A DNA stretch of 64,000 bases from Octopus vulgaris (GCA_951406725.2 OX597829.1:38254001-38318000); one strand, 5' to 3'. Counted from the stretch's first letter, positions 1 to 15,890 are shown. A program made the numbers and translations. Notes: generated by a model not told the origin, from the letters alone.

Positions 1-59
1 ATATTTCTTCCACTATATGTACAAAACCTGAATTCTTTCTTTTTGTTTTGTTTTTTTTG

Positions 60-465
60 GTGGGTGGTTAGTTGATTACCTCGACCTAGTGTTTAACTGG
101 TGCTTATTTTATCGCCCCTAAATGGATGAAAGACAAAGTCGGTATTTGAACTCAGAAGGTAAAGCGAAAGCAAATGTTGCAAAGCAATTTTCCTGTCCTG
201 CGTGCTAACGATTCTGCCAGCAAGTCGATCCAATAACACTAAAGATTGGTTTCAAATTTTGGTACAAGGCCAGCAATTTCGGGGAAGGGGATGAGTGTCG
301 ATTACATCGACCCCGAATGTTCAATTGGTGCTTATTTTATCGACCTCAAATTGATGAAGGACAAAGTCGACTTCGGTAGTATTTGAACTTAGAACGTAAA
401 AACTGACGAAATGTCACTAAGCATTTTGTCCGGCGTGCTTACAATTCTGTCAGCTCGCCACTTTA
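60..465 (-). mobile_element. Two degenerate copies of tRNA-derived SINE family A
   Basis: Diverged matches to the intact family A copies at 46421-46656 and 59294-59524 (gatgaaagacaaagtc...tttgaactcagaa...gctaacgattctgccagc). Confidence 0.75.
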
Positions 466-1527
466 AATAGCACTAGATATTAACTAGTATTTAGTACTCT
501 GACTTTCACTGCGCGTATCACTATATAGTGTTGAATTCTAATGTTAAAGTATTCACTGCTTTCGAGGTAACATCTCAAACACTTTTGGTTTAGTCTTGCA
601 AATGATATTGCGTGATTCGGACGAGTTACAGAAATCGCATTTCAGAAAATTAGCCGGAATGCCTATTTAGGTAAAATTCTCAATATGTGATATTAACGAA
701 GGAGAAACATAACAAAATTGATCTAAATTCTTAATTCTTGCTCTTAAATCTAATATAACTTTAAATAACGATGAATATAAATTTTTCAACTGAATCTACA
801 ATATACGTTATCAAATTAGCCTTAATGAATTGTATGCTGAGACATCACGCATAAATCCACCAACAGAAATTTACATAATGATTCATAGCAATCCTTATCT
901 TCTCTTAAGGTTATATTCATTATTATTTCCAATGTGCTCTTGGTTTACTGAATAAATAAGATCTCCAACAGTTCATACTCTCAGAGAAAGCTGTAACGCC
1001 AATCAATGCATTAAAACAGCCATTACGGAGTGTGTCGAGGTTAAAGTAAGCGAATGTATGTCAAAAATGATGCCTCTGAGACCACCATTTGCGTTAATTT
1101 TGATCGAAATATTTGGCCTGTGACATTTGTTCCCGATCATTTAATTCTACTGATAAAGTTCATAGCACCGTTGACGAAAAAGGATTATGTAATAGTTGGA
1201 GCTGTCAAAAATTTGCGCTGCTTTCATTTACGCAAACGATTTACTATAGTATTGATCAGAAGCCAGTAGCTTCTATGTCCGTTATGATATGACCGGCAAT
1301 AGGATCGTGAGTGTTATGTTAGTATAACATTAGTTTGAAAGTGTAAAAGTGTACCAATCCCTTCTGGGCGTCTTGCATTCGGAGAAGTAACACATCAAAC
1401 ACTTCTTGGGCTTTCCTCCAATAATAGCTTTTGGAATGAGCATGATAACCTGGCTTTCTCGACCGGAAAATGTCCCATCGAACAGTCACATCTGAAATAA
1501 GGACGTATTGCAGTACAAAAAATTTAA

Positions 1528-1765
1528 CTATGGGTATCGAGCTTCCAAAATGCTCGCATTCATTTTCTTCATGAACCGTGAAGATACTATAAGCATTAAA
1601 TACTTAACTTTGAAGGCAGATAACCCGCAAGTAACTGAATGTATTGAGATCGCTTTGGCGTATCAGCTCTGACTTCTGGTAAAATATCTGCACAACAAAC
1701 GAACCAAACTAACGCGACTTCTACGAATTTGGGCCACAGCATTTTGGAAGCTCGATCCCCCGTAG
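1528..1765. mobile_element. MITE-like element with about 27-bp terminal inverted repeats
   Basis: ctatgggtatcgagcttccaaaatgct (1528-1554) is nearly the reverse complement of agcattttggaagctcgatcccccgtag (1738-1765). The interior is non-coding. Confidence 0.55.
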
Positions 1766-1829
1766 ATAAGGTTGAACTGAGATATTCTGAGATATTCCGA
1801 TAGTTAACCTATTTCATATTTTATTTTTT

Positions 1830-2340
1830 ATTTTGTTTCAGTCATTTGACTCCTGTCATGCTGGAGCACCAACTTGAAGAATTTTAGCCCCCAAAAGCGA
1901 CTCCGGGACTTTTTTAAAAACCCAGTACTTATTCTATTGGTCTCTTTTGCCGATCCGCTAAGTTACAGGGACGTAAACACACCAACACAAGTTGTTAAGC
2001 GGTGGTGGAGAAGCACAGACACAGACACACACACGTATACACACACACAGTCACACACACAGTATATATATATAGAGAGAGACAAAACAGTATATATATA
2101 TATATATATGTATATATGTGTGTGTGTGTGTATTTATGTATGTATGTGTGCGCGTGTGTATATACACACATACATATATACAATAGGCTTCTTTCAGTTT
2201 CCATCTACCAAATCCACTCACACGGCTTTGGTCGGCCTGAGGCTATAGCAGAAGACACTTGTCCAAGGTGCCACGCTGCGTGATTGAACCTGGAGCCATG
2301 TGGTTGGGAAGCAAGCTTCTTACCACACAGCCACGTTGTG
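1830..2340 (-). mobile_element. tRNA-derived SINE family B (CORE-like) with internal (TA/CA)n
   Basis: Minus strand has a tRNA-like head (TGGCTGTGTGGT...GGTTCAATC), a CORE-like ACCTTGGACAAGT motif and the tail ...GCTCCAGCATG...TGACTGAAAC. Many copies occur in the window. Confidence 0.85.
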
Positions 2341-3375
2341 CGTGGATATATATACTTGCGTATATATATATACATACATATATATATATAAAGGTACGCA
2401 CATATACACGTATATGTGTGTATATATATATATGTGTGTGTGTGTGTTGTGAACGTGCTGTGTATGTTTGTGTGTGTGTGAGTGAGTGTGTGTGTGTGTG
2501 TGCGTGTGCGCGCGTCTTTGTGTTTGTACTCCTACTTGTTGTTGTTCGGCGTTAGTTTACTTACGTCGCTGTAACTTTGCGGTTTGGCAAAAAAAGCCGA
2601 CAGATTTAGTGATTAGATAATATCGAGCAGGTTTCATTGTTTTCAACACAACCTCAGACCACGTGCATTTTAACGGGTTCTTTATTAGGCATAAGGATCT
2701 GTGTAAGGACCCGATCAGCTAATTGATTAGTGAAAAACTGACGTGTGAAATTGATAATTAGTAGGTGGCGTTACTCACTGAAAACAAAACAGAGCAGAAT
2801 GTTACAGTTTAGAAAAATATGCTGAAATAGGGAACTGTAGTAGGGACAAAAAGGGGTTAATTAATTGAAGAAGGCAACGACAAAAAGGTATCACATACGA
2901 CGTATTTGCGGTGAGAATCATTCAAGGCCATTTCCTTGACGCGAACCACAAAGGATGTGCTATTTGTTCTAAGCTGCGTCCCAGGAAACGATGTAGCAAA
3001 AGCCGTTGGGTGGGTACGGTTGGTGGATGTGAGGCGTTGTTACAAAAAATTACTTCGATCTTTGATGGGGCGGGTGGAAGCGGGTGCCTGTCACCCAATT
3101 TCAGGCATAAACGTGTATCTTTTCAGTGACGCCTCGCAGAATTGTCTGGAAAAAGTGACGTGCTGTACGTGCGACTCTCAGATTACATTGTCTCCAATGC
3201 AATATTCATTTCTAAGTAAATATTGTGAAGGTCAACCTCCCACTTTTGTCCATACATATAAAGTACCAGTCAAGTATTTGGAGGGCGATTTAATCTATTA
3301 AGCCATTCCTTCTCCTAAATGTCTGGCATAATATTGGTTGAATTCTTACACAATGTCTTGCATCGTTTAATTATG

Positions 3376-3800
3376 TCGGTGAGCTGGCAGAATCATTAGA
3401 GCGCCGAACAAAATACCTTGCGGTATTTAGGTCTGGCTCTTTAAATTCTTGAGGTCAATATCAATTGAGGTGTAAGGCGGCGAGCTGGCAGAATCGTTTG
3501 CACGCCGGGCAAAATGCTTAGCGCCATTTATTCCATCTTTATATTTTGAGTTAAAATTCTTTCATCCTTTCATCCTTTTGAAACCGATAAAATAAGTACC
3601 AGTTGAACACAGAGGTCAATGTTATTGACTTAACCCCTTGCACCCAATTGCTGGTCTTGTGCCAAAATTTGAAAGCCAATATCAGTTGAGGTCAGCTTTG
3701 CCTTTCATCCTTCCAGAGTCGATAAACTAAAGTACCAGCCGAGAACTGGTAACTGATGGTACCGCCTAATCTCCTTTCCTGAAAATGGCTGGTCTTGCAC
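3376..3800 (+). mobile_element. Cluster of degenerate SINE family A copies
   Basis: ggcggcgagctggcagaatcg heads and gcctttcatccttccagagtcgataaa central domain. Confidence 0.75.
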
Positions 3801-3979
3801 CTGAATTATGTTGTTATGTTCCTTTCCACTTAAAGTTCAAAAACCGCTTGCCAGAGGACGTAATGTATTCCTCCATCGTATATCCATTATGCGTGTACCG
3901 ATAACATAATATAACACACCCACACACACACACACATAAAAATACACGACGGAAATTGAAAAAAATCCGTCGTATATAT

Positions 3980-4012
<33 letters not shown>

Positions 4013-4013
<1 letters not shown>

Positions 4014-4521
4014 CAACAATTGAGGGTAAAATTAATTAATTAATCAATTTCACCAAGTGTTCAGTATGTAAAAGGACCATTTAAGGCGAATTCAAAATAT
4101 TACATTATATAATTAGGGCTTAGTAAAATAAATTACTTTGCCACATACTGAACTTAGTAGAAATAGCAGCCAAAAAAAATTTTCTTAGCATTTCTACTAC
4201 TTAAAGAAAATTTCTCTCAGATAATGTTTACTCCAGACAGCTCACGAAGGTTTGGGGGTAAATACAGAAAAATATCACAAGTACATAGATCGTTTGAGTA
4301 CGTCAACGTTTCAAGATTAGCCAAATAAAATCAGCATTTCTTTCGTCAGCTCAAAATTTCTTAATTTGGATTTGGAAACACTAAAAAGAAGGAACTTTAC
4401 CTATCAGCGAACTTGTCGCTTCAGATGAACCTAAGTAGTAGAAATGCTAACAAAATTTTTTGGCTGCTATTTCTACTAAGTTCAGTATGTGGCAAAGTAA
4501 TTTATTTTACTAAGCCCTAAT

Positions 4522-4559
<38 letters not shown>

Positions 4560-4695
4560 TTTATAATTAGGGTTCAGCAAAGATTTGCTTTATCACATAC
4601 CGAAGTTTAGAAATAGCAGTCAAAAAACCTTAGGTATTTCTTCTACTTTAAAAAGGGACTCGTTAATTAATTTTACCCTTTGTTATTATTGATAA
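4013..4695 (-). mobile_element. Non-coding Penelope-like (pLTR-type) element with inverted arms and a hammerhead
   Basis: Inverted arms at 4104-4203 and 4432-4529, a third diverged copy from 4561, a hammerhead in the spacer and (TA)n flanks. Confidence 0.65.
4293..4355 (-). ncRNA. Type I hammerhead ribozyme motif
   Basis: Minus strand reads TTTGAG CTGACGA AAGA...TCTT GAAA CG-TTGA-CG TA CTCAAA, giving stem I 6 bp, a canonical core and a GUA cleavage triplet. Confidence 0.8.
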
Positions 4696-4700
4696 TATAT

Positions 4701-5160
4701 ATCATCATCATCATTGTTCGACCGTGGTCGAGACAATGGAATTTACTATGTTACGCCAGACTTCACGGTCCATCATAGCATTACGGAGGTCCTGTTGCTG
4801 GATGCCTGTATCCCTGGAGATTACATCAGGGTAGGAGAGTGTGCGCCCTCTGGTATTGCGAGTAGATGGCTTCCAGAGGAGAAGAGTAGAAATTACTTCT
4901 TTTTCAGCTCTAAAACAATGTCCAGCAAACTGGACTCTTGTACCTTTCACAAGAGATGACACAGGTGGTAGTTTCCCATATATTTGCATTTTGGTTGGAT
5001 GGCGCTTCCACGAGATATTTTGAGCTCTCATAAAGAGGCGAGTGTAGGTTCCATCCAACCGCCTCTCAAGCTTCTTTGATAACGTCCAGGTTTCTGAGCT
5101 ATATAGTAGAATTGGTTCGACTGTGGCTTTGAATATTTCAAGTTTGAAGTCTCTACTTAG
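4701..5160 (-). pseudogene. RTE-type LINE, 5'-truncated 3' end (C-terminus of ORF) with (TGA)n tail
   Basis: KLEIFKATVEPILLYSSETWTL...QFAGHCFR...AMMDREVWRNIV is typical of RTE-type ORF C-termini. A short (TGA)n tail follows the stop. Confidence 0.85.
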
Positions 5161-5172
5161 ATAATATATATA

Positions 5173-5223
<51 letters not shown>

Positions 5224-5273
5224 GACGGATTTCTTGCCGGTTCCGTCTACCACATCCATTGATAAGACTTATG

Positions 5274-5308
<35 letters not shown>

Positions 5309-6088
5309 GTGTGTTTATGTATCATTGTGTTATGTTTCGCTCCCATCTAATGTTTTTTTTATTTTCTTTTATACTTTGCCGTAACTTTGCAGTACGGCAA
5401 AAGCGACCGATAGACAGAATAAATACGAGATTTCAAAAATACGCACTGGAGTCGATTTGTTCAACTAATACCCTTCCAGATGGGGCCCCAGTATGGCCGC
5501 AGTCGAATAGTTCTTTCCATCACTTCCAATGTTCCTCTCTCTTTCTGTCTCTAATACACACTCTTACCCTTCGCCATTGTGATTTTCTCTAACTCTCTCC
5601 TCTCTAACTTCCACTCTGTCCACTTCTCACCAATGCTCTTTCATCTCTCCCCTCTCTCTTTTCTTCCTTCTCTCTCTTTGGATTACACCACATAAATTTC
5701 ACTTGTACTTTTTTTTTCTTTACTTTCTCCTCTTGCCTTTCTCTTCTGCTCTTTTCTCTTCCATTCTCTTTTCTATCTGTCCTATCGACTACCCCTCTCA
5801 CTTTTAGTTTCTCATTATTCGATCTATTTCCTTTTTGCTTTCGGAATATGGCCAGCAGCCTGATGTAATTTCGATATATACCATTATTCACAATGAGTCT
5901 GAACGAGTTTCGTTTCCTTTATTTTAATTTTTTTTTCACATTTATTTCATTTGCAAAACCAAAACAGAAGCCATTTCAGATTATAGTTTAATTTTAAGAA
6001 CAAACAACATTGCAATACCACAGTGTGGCCAGAGACCACTGGCTGCTGGAGACATTAAAATAGTAAAAGAGCAGTAACGCCACTTCAG

Positions 6089-6195
6089 ATACATACACAC
6101 ACACATACATACATACATACATACATACATACATACATACATACATACATACATACATACATACATACATACATACATACATGTGTATATTTGTT

Positions 6196-6251
<56 letters not shown>

Positions 6252-6286
6252 TATATATATATATATATATGATTATGTATATATAC

Positions 6287-6317
<31 letters not shown>

Positions 6318-6357
6318 TATGTATGTATTTATATATACATATGTATAGATACATAAT

Positions 6358-6390
<33 letters not shown>

Positions 6391-6461
6391 GTATACATAC
6401 ATACATATATGTGTATATTTGTTTGTGTGTGTATAATAGATATATATATGATTATGTATAT

Positions 6462-6496
<35 letters not shown>

Positions 6497-6529
6497 CATA
6501 TATATACATATGTATAGATACATACATAT

Positions 6530-6580
<51 letters not shown>

Positions 6581-6605
6581 TTACGTACTTACATGCATGC
6601 ATACA

Positions 6606-6642
<37 letters not shown>

Positions 6643-6760
6643 GCATACATACATACATACATATATGTGTATATTTGTTTGTTTGTGTATATATATATAT
6701 ATATATATATGATTATGTATATATACATATATACATATATATATATATACATATGTATAG

Positions 6761-6826
<66 letters not shown>

Positions 6827-6930
6827 TTACGTACTTACATGCATGCATACATATATATATATATATATATACACATATATATATATATATATATATTTGT
6901 ATGTATGTATACACACACACACACACAAAC
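6089..6930. repeat. Compound (TACA)n/(TA)n microsatellite with an internal ~247-bp tandem duplication
   Basis: The marker cttacgtacttacatgcatgcatac occurs near 6580 and 6826. Confidence 0.9.
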
Positions 6931-7254
6931 ACACTGTTATTTTCAATGCTATTCCTTGTATATTTGCTGTTTTCTTCCGGTTTTTAATACATTTCTATAT
7001 TGTTTTTTTTTTAATGCTGATTGTTCATACTGTTGTTATGTAGCCCCAACGGTGTATTTATTACTTTAGTAGCTGTGAAAGGAAAAAAAAAAGATGAAGA
7101 GGAGCAAGAGGTGCAGATGGAGGTGGTGGCGGCGATGGAGGTGGTGGTGGGTGTTGTCGTTATTGTCTTCGTACATAACGAAACCATATATATTATGAGA
7201 AATATGTGAAGCCAAACATGTTGTTCCTTGGCATCTGTGATGTTAATTACATCG

Positions 7255-8500
<1,246 letters not shown>

Positions 8501-8829
8501 ACGGGCGCAAGTTAGCAACTGCGTACATGCATGTGGATATTGTAGTACTTGAATGTGTATATAATTAAATGCTGAATTTTGGAAAGGTCTTTCATATATT
8601 TATGATGTTATTTTTATTTTCGCTTATTTGTTTCTTGTTCAGTATGTAAGAACTATCTCGAACCCTAGGATTCTTAGGTTACCCGCTTACCCTGTTTTCA
8701 TGGGGTGAAAGTGATTGAGATCATTAACAATTCCCCGCTGAACAGGACGCCAGTCCGTTGTGGATTTATTTATTTATTTACAGCTGAGTCGACAGGAACA
8801 ACATGAAATGAAGTGTTTTATTTTAGAAG

Positions 8830-10295
8830 AGAGGGAGAAAAAGGAGGAGGAGGAGGAGGAGAAAGAGTAGGGGGAAAAGAGAAGTAGTAGTAGGAGAAGA
8901 AGAAGAAGAAGAAGAAGAAGAAGAAGGGGGAGGATGAGGAGGAAGAAGAAGAAAAAGAGAAGTAGTAGTAGTGGTAGTAGGAGAAGAAGAAGAAGAAGAA
9001 GGAGGAGGAAAAAGAGTAGTAGTAGTAGTAGTATAAGAAGAAGAAAAGAAGGTGAAGAAGAAGGAGAATTAAATAAGGAGGAGAAAAAGAAGAAGAAGAA
9101 GAAGAACAACAACAACAAAAAGAAGAAGAACGGTAATTATGACGATGATGATGACGATGACGATGACTATGATGATAACAATGATGATGTTGATGATTAA
9201 GATATTGCAAAACTGATATTTAATAAGGAAAAAAGACAGAAACTCACAGTTTTCGAAAAAACATCAGAATTTGGCGACAATCAACAACAACAACAACAAC
9301 AACAACATTAAGAAGAAGGAGGAGGAGGAGCAGGAGGAGCAGGAGCAGGAGCAGGAGAAGAAGAAGAAGAAGAAGACGAAGAAGAAGAAGAAGAAGAAGA
9401 AGAAGAAGAAGAAGGAGGAGGAGGAAGAGGAAGAGGAAGAGAAGGAGAAGAAGGAGGAGGAGGAAGAGGAGGAAGAGGAAGAGGAAGAGAAGGAGAAGAA
9501 GAAGAAAAAGAAGAAAGAGGAAGAGAAGAAGAAGAAGAACAAGGAGAAGAAGAAGAAGAAGAAGAAGAAGAAGAAGAAGAAGAATAAGAATAAGAAGGAG
9601 GAGGAGGAGAAGGAGAAGGAGAAGAAAAAGAAGAAAGAAGAAGAGAAGAAGAATGGGGAGGAGGAGAAGGCGAAGAAGAAGGAGGAGGAGAAGGCGAAGA
9701 AGAAGACGACGAAGAAGAAGGAGGAAGAGGAGGAGAAGAAAGAGGAGGAGAAGGAGGAGGAAAAGAAGAAAAAGAAGAAGGAGGAGGAGAAGAAGAAGAA
9801 GAAGAGGAGGAGGAGGAGAAGGAGAAGAAGAAGAAAAAGAAGAAAGAGGAAGAGAAGAAGAAGAGGGAGGAGGAGAAGGCGAAGAAGAAGGAGGAGAAGG
9901 CGAAGAAGAAGAGGAGAAGGCGAAGAAGAAGACGAAGAAGAAGGAGGAGGAGGAGGAGGAGAAGAAGAAAGAGGAGGAGGAAAAGAAGAAAAAGAAGAAG
10001 AAGGAAGAAGAAGAGAAGAAGGAAGAAGAAGAAGACGAAGAAGAAAAAGAAGAAAAAGAAGGAGGAGGAAGAGAAGAAGAAGGGGAGGAGGAGAAGGCAA
10101 AGAAGAAAGAGGAGGATAAGGCGAAGAAGAAGACGACGAAGAAGAAGGAGGAGGAGGATGAGGAGGATGAGGAGGAAAAGAAGAAAAAGAAGAAGAAAGA
10201 GGAGAAGAAGAAGAAGAAGAAGGAGAAGAAGAAGAAGAAGAAGAAGAAGAAGAAGAAGAAGAAGAAGAAGAAGAAGAAGAAGACGAAGAAGAAGG
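8830..10295. repeat. About 1.4-kb purine-rich (GAA/GAG)n low-complexity tract
   Basis: Seen directly. The poly-K/E/R and poly-L/F/S ORFs here are repeat translations. Confidence 0.95.
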
Positions 10296-12199
10296 ACTCA
10301 TGAACACAACGCATCTCCCAGTTTGGGAATCATGAGAGCAACTCTCTTGCCACTAGATCGCTCGTCTTTACTGTTTTTTTAAAAAAGGATCTAGTAAATA
10401 GATACTACTACTCATTCAACGGGTATATTTCTGAAACAATGTAAATAGTGAAGGAAACTTATTGTTGTTGTTGTTGTTTAGTTCCAGGCCAGCCTGTTCC
10501 GTAGATCTATGATTAAAGGCCGTACGACCGCGAAATCATTATCCAATGCATTCTTCTTTCCAGACACATTATTTTTATTTTAAACGGTAGATTGTAATTT
10601 GATAAAGTTTTGGCTGTCATTTCTGACAATTTGACAGACCATGCCGTGGCTCACTACTCACATGTGTTTTGGTGTTGTTAAACTTTACCAAATTTTAGAG
10701 ATTCGACTATATGTTCACTGGTTTCTTTGGCCCATTAGTTAAGTTATTTTACAGACAGACGCTTTTGGACAATAGTAATTGGAATGACAACAGTAACACA
10801 CACACACACATATACACATGTAGATAAAATACAAATACGTCGCATACACACCACACACACATACTGTACATACGCACACACACACACATGCACTTACATG
10901 CAAACAAGATGGGAGAAACGTTAGAAGTAGAACATAAAACTTGATTATTTCATTCTGCTTCATGTGTATAAATCATTGTTAGTAAAATGGCCAGCAAGCC
11001 AGCCGCCATTTTGTGCACCATGCTTATATCAAAATGGCCAGCAATTCATTTAGATGAATCAATAAATAACCAGAAAAGATCGGCTATCAGTCGTTGCATC
11101 GTAAATAATGTTAAAGAGCAAAGGGAATTATAATAGGATTTAGATTAAATTTATCAAATAATTAAATCTATCAGAGTATGTTATTATTGTCAAGTTTAAT
11201 TAAATATATTGGGTTTTGGAGACATTTGACCACGTTTGGCCGAGTTGGCAATATTCCGGACAACGAACAGAACAGTTAGTGCTTCGTTACGTATCATCGG
11301 CGCTGCATTATTTTTCATTACAAATGCCTGACCAAACTCTCATATGCCCCAGGCCGGAAGTCTGCGAATAGACACCAATGGATATGTAAACTTAAAGTTT
11401 GCTACTGTTACTAATAGCAACATCAAGTAAGCGACAAGTATTTGCCTTGCTCTTTTTTAGTTCCTTTTGAGATTATATTCTGGGATTTTGCCAGTGTGAG
11501 TTAACCTAGTTAGCTAACCTAGTTATATGATACTGAGATTATGATATTGGTGGTGTTAGAACCACGAGCCGATGGATTATGAGATTCGTTGCCACCATCC
11601 TGAATAACTTGTGCCGATTGGTTTTGAAAACGATAGGTAGTGATTGTGTTGGTGGAGGAGGAGGAGAAACAAAAACAAAAACACTACACAGAACAAAACA
11701 GAAGCGCACAATTATCTAAACCATGTGGTAAAAGTCTATTTCAGGCATTTGCCTCAAAACCTCAAATAAAATAAACACGAAAAACAGTTTATATAATGCA
11801 TAAAATTTGGTGTGACGAAAGGTGAGGACTATCGCTTCAGACAGGGTCTTTCACCAATGAAGGAATGAAGACGTTATGTTGTATGATTTTGAATGAATTT
11901 ATTTATATATTCTGTTGCGTCTGGGGAGAGTCATTTTCTTTTTGTGCCTTATAATGTAACACACTCACAGGTAAAATTTCCACTTATTTCTTATTTTTAT
12001 TTTCCTAAAATTTTCGTTGCGTCTTGCAACCTTTTCAATAGTCTCTTATTTATATATATTCCTCTCTTGATATTAATTTGATATTAACCCTAAGTATTGT
12101 CACCTGAGTAGAAATCTACTTCCCATTTCTTCATGCTAACGCTAATTAATTATCTTATATTTTCTGCTATACTGAATATACCCAAACTTTCCCTTATCG

Positions 12200-13187
12200 A
12201 AGAGTGTGGGAAGCTAATGAAGTCAAACGTAAATGGTCCAAATCTAGTGAAGGCTGTAAATACTGGGGCAGTATGATTGCTTAGATATCCAGCAACTTTT
12301 GTAGATTTGTGAATAAACTGAATAAGCATAGCTAGACAGAAGAACTAGGAAGGAATTCAATATGAATGGAGGACTCCAACCAAGGGTAGGAGTAGCAAAA
12401 TTATACTTACTTAGAAAGGAAGGCAGAAGAGGTTTAATATCAGTAGAAGACTGCGTGGAGTTAGCTAGAGTAGATATAGACTCCTATGTAGGTAATAGTG
12501 AAGAAAGTTTATTAAAAGCTGCTGGAGTCACAGCAAGACATAGGGAAAGCTAAACACCAAACGAACTTAAAAACCAGAAAAATGAACAGAAGCTATCTGA
12601 CTGACAGGAGAAGGCGTTGCATGGTAGATTCCCAAAGATAGTTGCAGCAAATAGTAGTGGTTGCAAAAAGGAAGGCTGAAAAGAGAGACAGAAAGTTTGT
12701 TAGCAGCTGCACAAGACCAAGCATTAAGGACTAATTGTATAACAACCAAGATAGACAGAAACTAAGTAAATTCCCAATGTAGATTATGCAAATCAAAAGA
12801 GGAAAGCGTTACTCATATAGTAAGTGAATGTATCATGCTGGCACAGAAAGAATACCAGAAGAGACATGACAATCAAGGGAGAGCCACCCACTGGGAGCTA
12901 TGTAGAAAGTTAGGATTTTAGCATACTGATAAATGGTATGAATATGAACCTAGAAAATAAGGAATTCAAGATGTCGTAGGACTTTAACATTCAGACTGAT
13001 AGAGCAATAGAAGCCAGAGGGCCTGATTTGGTAGTAGTAGATAAAGAGAATAGAGAGTGTCAGATAATTGACTTTACAATCTCAAATGATGAAAAAATCA
13101 ATATGCGAGGTATAGAAAAATTAGGAAAGAATCAAGACCTAGGCATTGAAAGAATTTTTCTTTTCCAACAGTCTAATCTGTTTTGTA
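12200..13187 (+). pseudogene. R4/Dong-like non-LTR retrotransposon fragment (post-RT region, CCHC finger, restriction-like endonuclease), internally deleted
   Basis: Translates to LYLLRKEGRRGLISVEDCV, CRLCKSKEESVTHIVSEC (CCHC) and DFNIQTDRAIEARGPDLVVVDKENRECQIIDF (PD..D RLE). It has many stops and ends in (TAA)n. Confidence 0.85.
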
Positions 13188-13692
<505 letters not shown>

Positions 13693-14095
13693 TACTAGAA
13701 GCTAAAAGGCCTGGTTTAGTATAGTAGATAAAGAGAATAGAAAGTGCCAGATAATTGCCTTTATAGTCCCAAATTATGAGAAAATCAATATGAGATGTAG
13801 AGAGAAAATAAGAAAAGTACCAGGACCTAGAGATTGAATTACACAGCCTATGGAAAGTGCAGATAAAGTGTATCCCAGTAGTTACAGGTGCATTAGGGAC
13901 TATCCCTAACGATTTGAACAGATGGATGGAGGAAATAGGTATAAAACCTAGTTTAGTACATCTCCAGAAAACAATGTTAATAGGGACGACTAGGATACTT
14001 AGGAGGGTTCTTGGCATCTAAGGTTACTTGTTGTAGCCCGATGTTAGAATTTTTCTTTTCCAACCGCCTATTCTGTTGTGCGTACATGAACAATA
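13693..14095 (+). pseudogene. R4/Dong-like 3' fragment (RLE C-terminus and 3' UTR)
   Basis: KYQDLEIELHSLWKVQIKCIPVVTGALGTIP...LQKTMLIGTTRILRRVLGI* (stop at 14019-14021). The 3' UTR is homologous to that of the upstream copy, and (TAA)n lies on both sides. Confidence 0.85.
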
Positions 14096-14750
14096 ATAAT
14101 AATACTAATCCTGATGCAGTACCAGGCTGTGGCTCTCATGGCTTCTGATCTTAACTAATAGGAAATGTTATCATGTACATTGTTTTGTCTTGGTATAAAA
14201 GATGAACTAGAACAAATATTCTGCTCAATACCACAGATTTGCTTGTCAGCTGTTTGACCTTAACCAGCTGACCACGTCCCTTAGTAGCTGACGATATGTG
14301 CATCTCTGAAGTAGTGGAGGAGCATCATAGTCATGTGTTGAGAGGAATTTTAGGGATTTAAATAATTCATCTATGAAAACATTGGCGTTTCGTTCAATAT
14401 CCTTAAGCAACCATTATTCTAACTGGATCCCGTCTGCTAGGTCATGCGCTGTTTATCTTGATATGTTGCGTACATAGGGTTGTGATGCATGTGCCTGATG
14501 TATCCTTACCCAGATGGATAGTTATGATGAGTATACAGGGATTCGTATATTTGTACCTCAGTGTCACTTTGATGGTAGGCACTGCCCTCTCACTCAACAA
14601 CAACAACAACGACAACAACAACAACAACATGGAAGGTTCTAAGCACTTAAAAGACTGATGAAAAATTGTGGATACCTAAGGTCACAGGTAGTAACCCGCT
14701 ATCCACATAATTCCTTCCAGGAATTAGACCTAACCTGAGCCAAGCTTATA

Positions 14751-15004
<254 letters not shown>

Positions 15005-15581
15005 TATGCTCCCATTTTAAGAAAAGAGGAAAAAATACTGTGAAGTTGATGATACAACACACTACACACAAGCACAAACATATAGAGACACTCATTGACA
15101 TATGTATACACGCACACACAAATATACACACGCAGATATACGTACGTGTGTGTTCGTACGTATGTGTGGGTATTTATAAACCGTCCATGTCCATCTTCGT
15201 GTTTGTGTTTATGTTTATCAGTGTAAACCGGTGTATCTAATTACATCTCTTTATGCCAAACAGTAAATTTAGCTCTCGACACAAAATAAACACCAGACTG
15301 ATGACTCTCCAGAAACACTGCCCTAGAATGACGACAATCCAGTAACTGAAATGAGCCTTCGTCTTTTTTCTTTTGCTGTTGCGTTTTACTTTATAATAGG
15401 GACTGTTTTCACAAGAGTGGAAAAAGATAAAGAAAAGGATGAAATAAAGGGAAAGAGAGAGGATGGTGGTGGTGGTGGTGGTGGTGGAGAGAACGGAAAA
15501 GAGAGTGTGTTTGTGTTAGTGATAGAACGTGTGTGTGTGTGTGTGTGTGTTGTATTAGCAATAGCCTTGAGTATTATACGT

Positions 15582-15887
15582 AGGCATTGCTGTGTCGTTA
15601 AGAAGTTCGCTTTGCTAACATGTGGTTTCGGGTTCAGTTTCATTTCGTGCGACACATTGAGCAAATGTCTTTTACAATAGCCTTAGGCCGACCAATGAAT
15701 TAATTTGGTTGATGGAAACTATGTGAGAGACCATCGTGCGTAGTATGCACACACACACATATAAATACGCACACACACACTCATGTATGTATATATATAT
15801 ATATATCCGTGACACCATGATACTTTTTTAAGGCGATGCTCCAGTATGACCGCAGTCAAAATGACTGAAACAAGTAAAAGAATAAAA

Positions 15888-15890
<3 letters not shown>
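15582..15890 (+). mobile_element. SINE family B, degenerate
   Basis: Head, CORE-like segment and the tail gctccagtatgaccgcagtcaaaatgactgaaac. Confidence 0.75.

Noticed and set aside
1054-3301. Short non-repetitive ORFs (1054-1269, 2911-3301)
   Set aside because: No recognisable motifs, and their lengths are compatible with chance.
8774-10382. Long ORFs (up to 356 aa) rich in K/E/R or L/F/S
   Set aside because: They are translations of (GAA/GAG)n, open in several frames on both strands, with no domain or splice evidence.
11905-12045. Possible hammerhead on the minus strand (GTTGC-AAGAC-GCAAC GAAA)
   Set aside because: A hairpin and GAAA are present, but there is no acceptable CUGANGA core or stem I.
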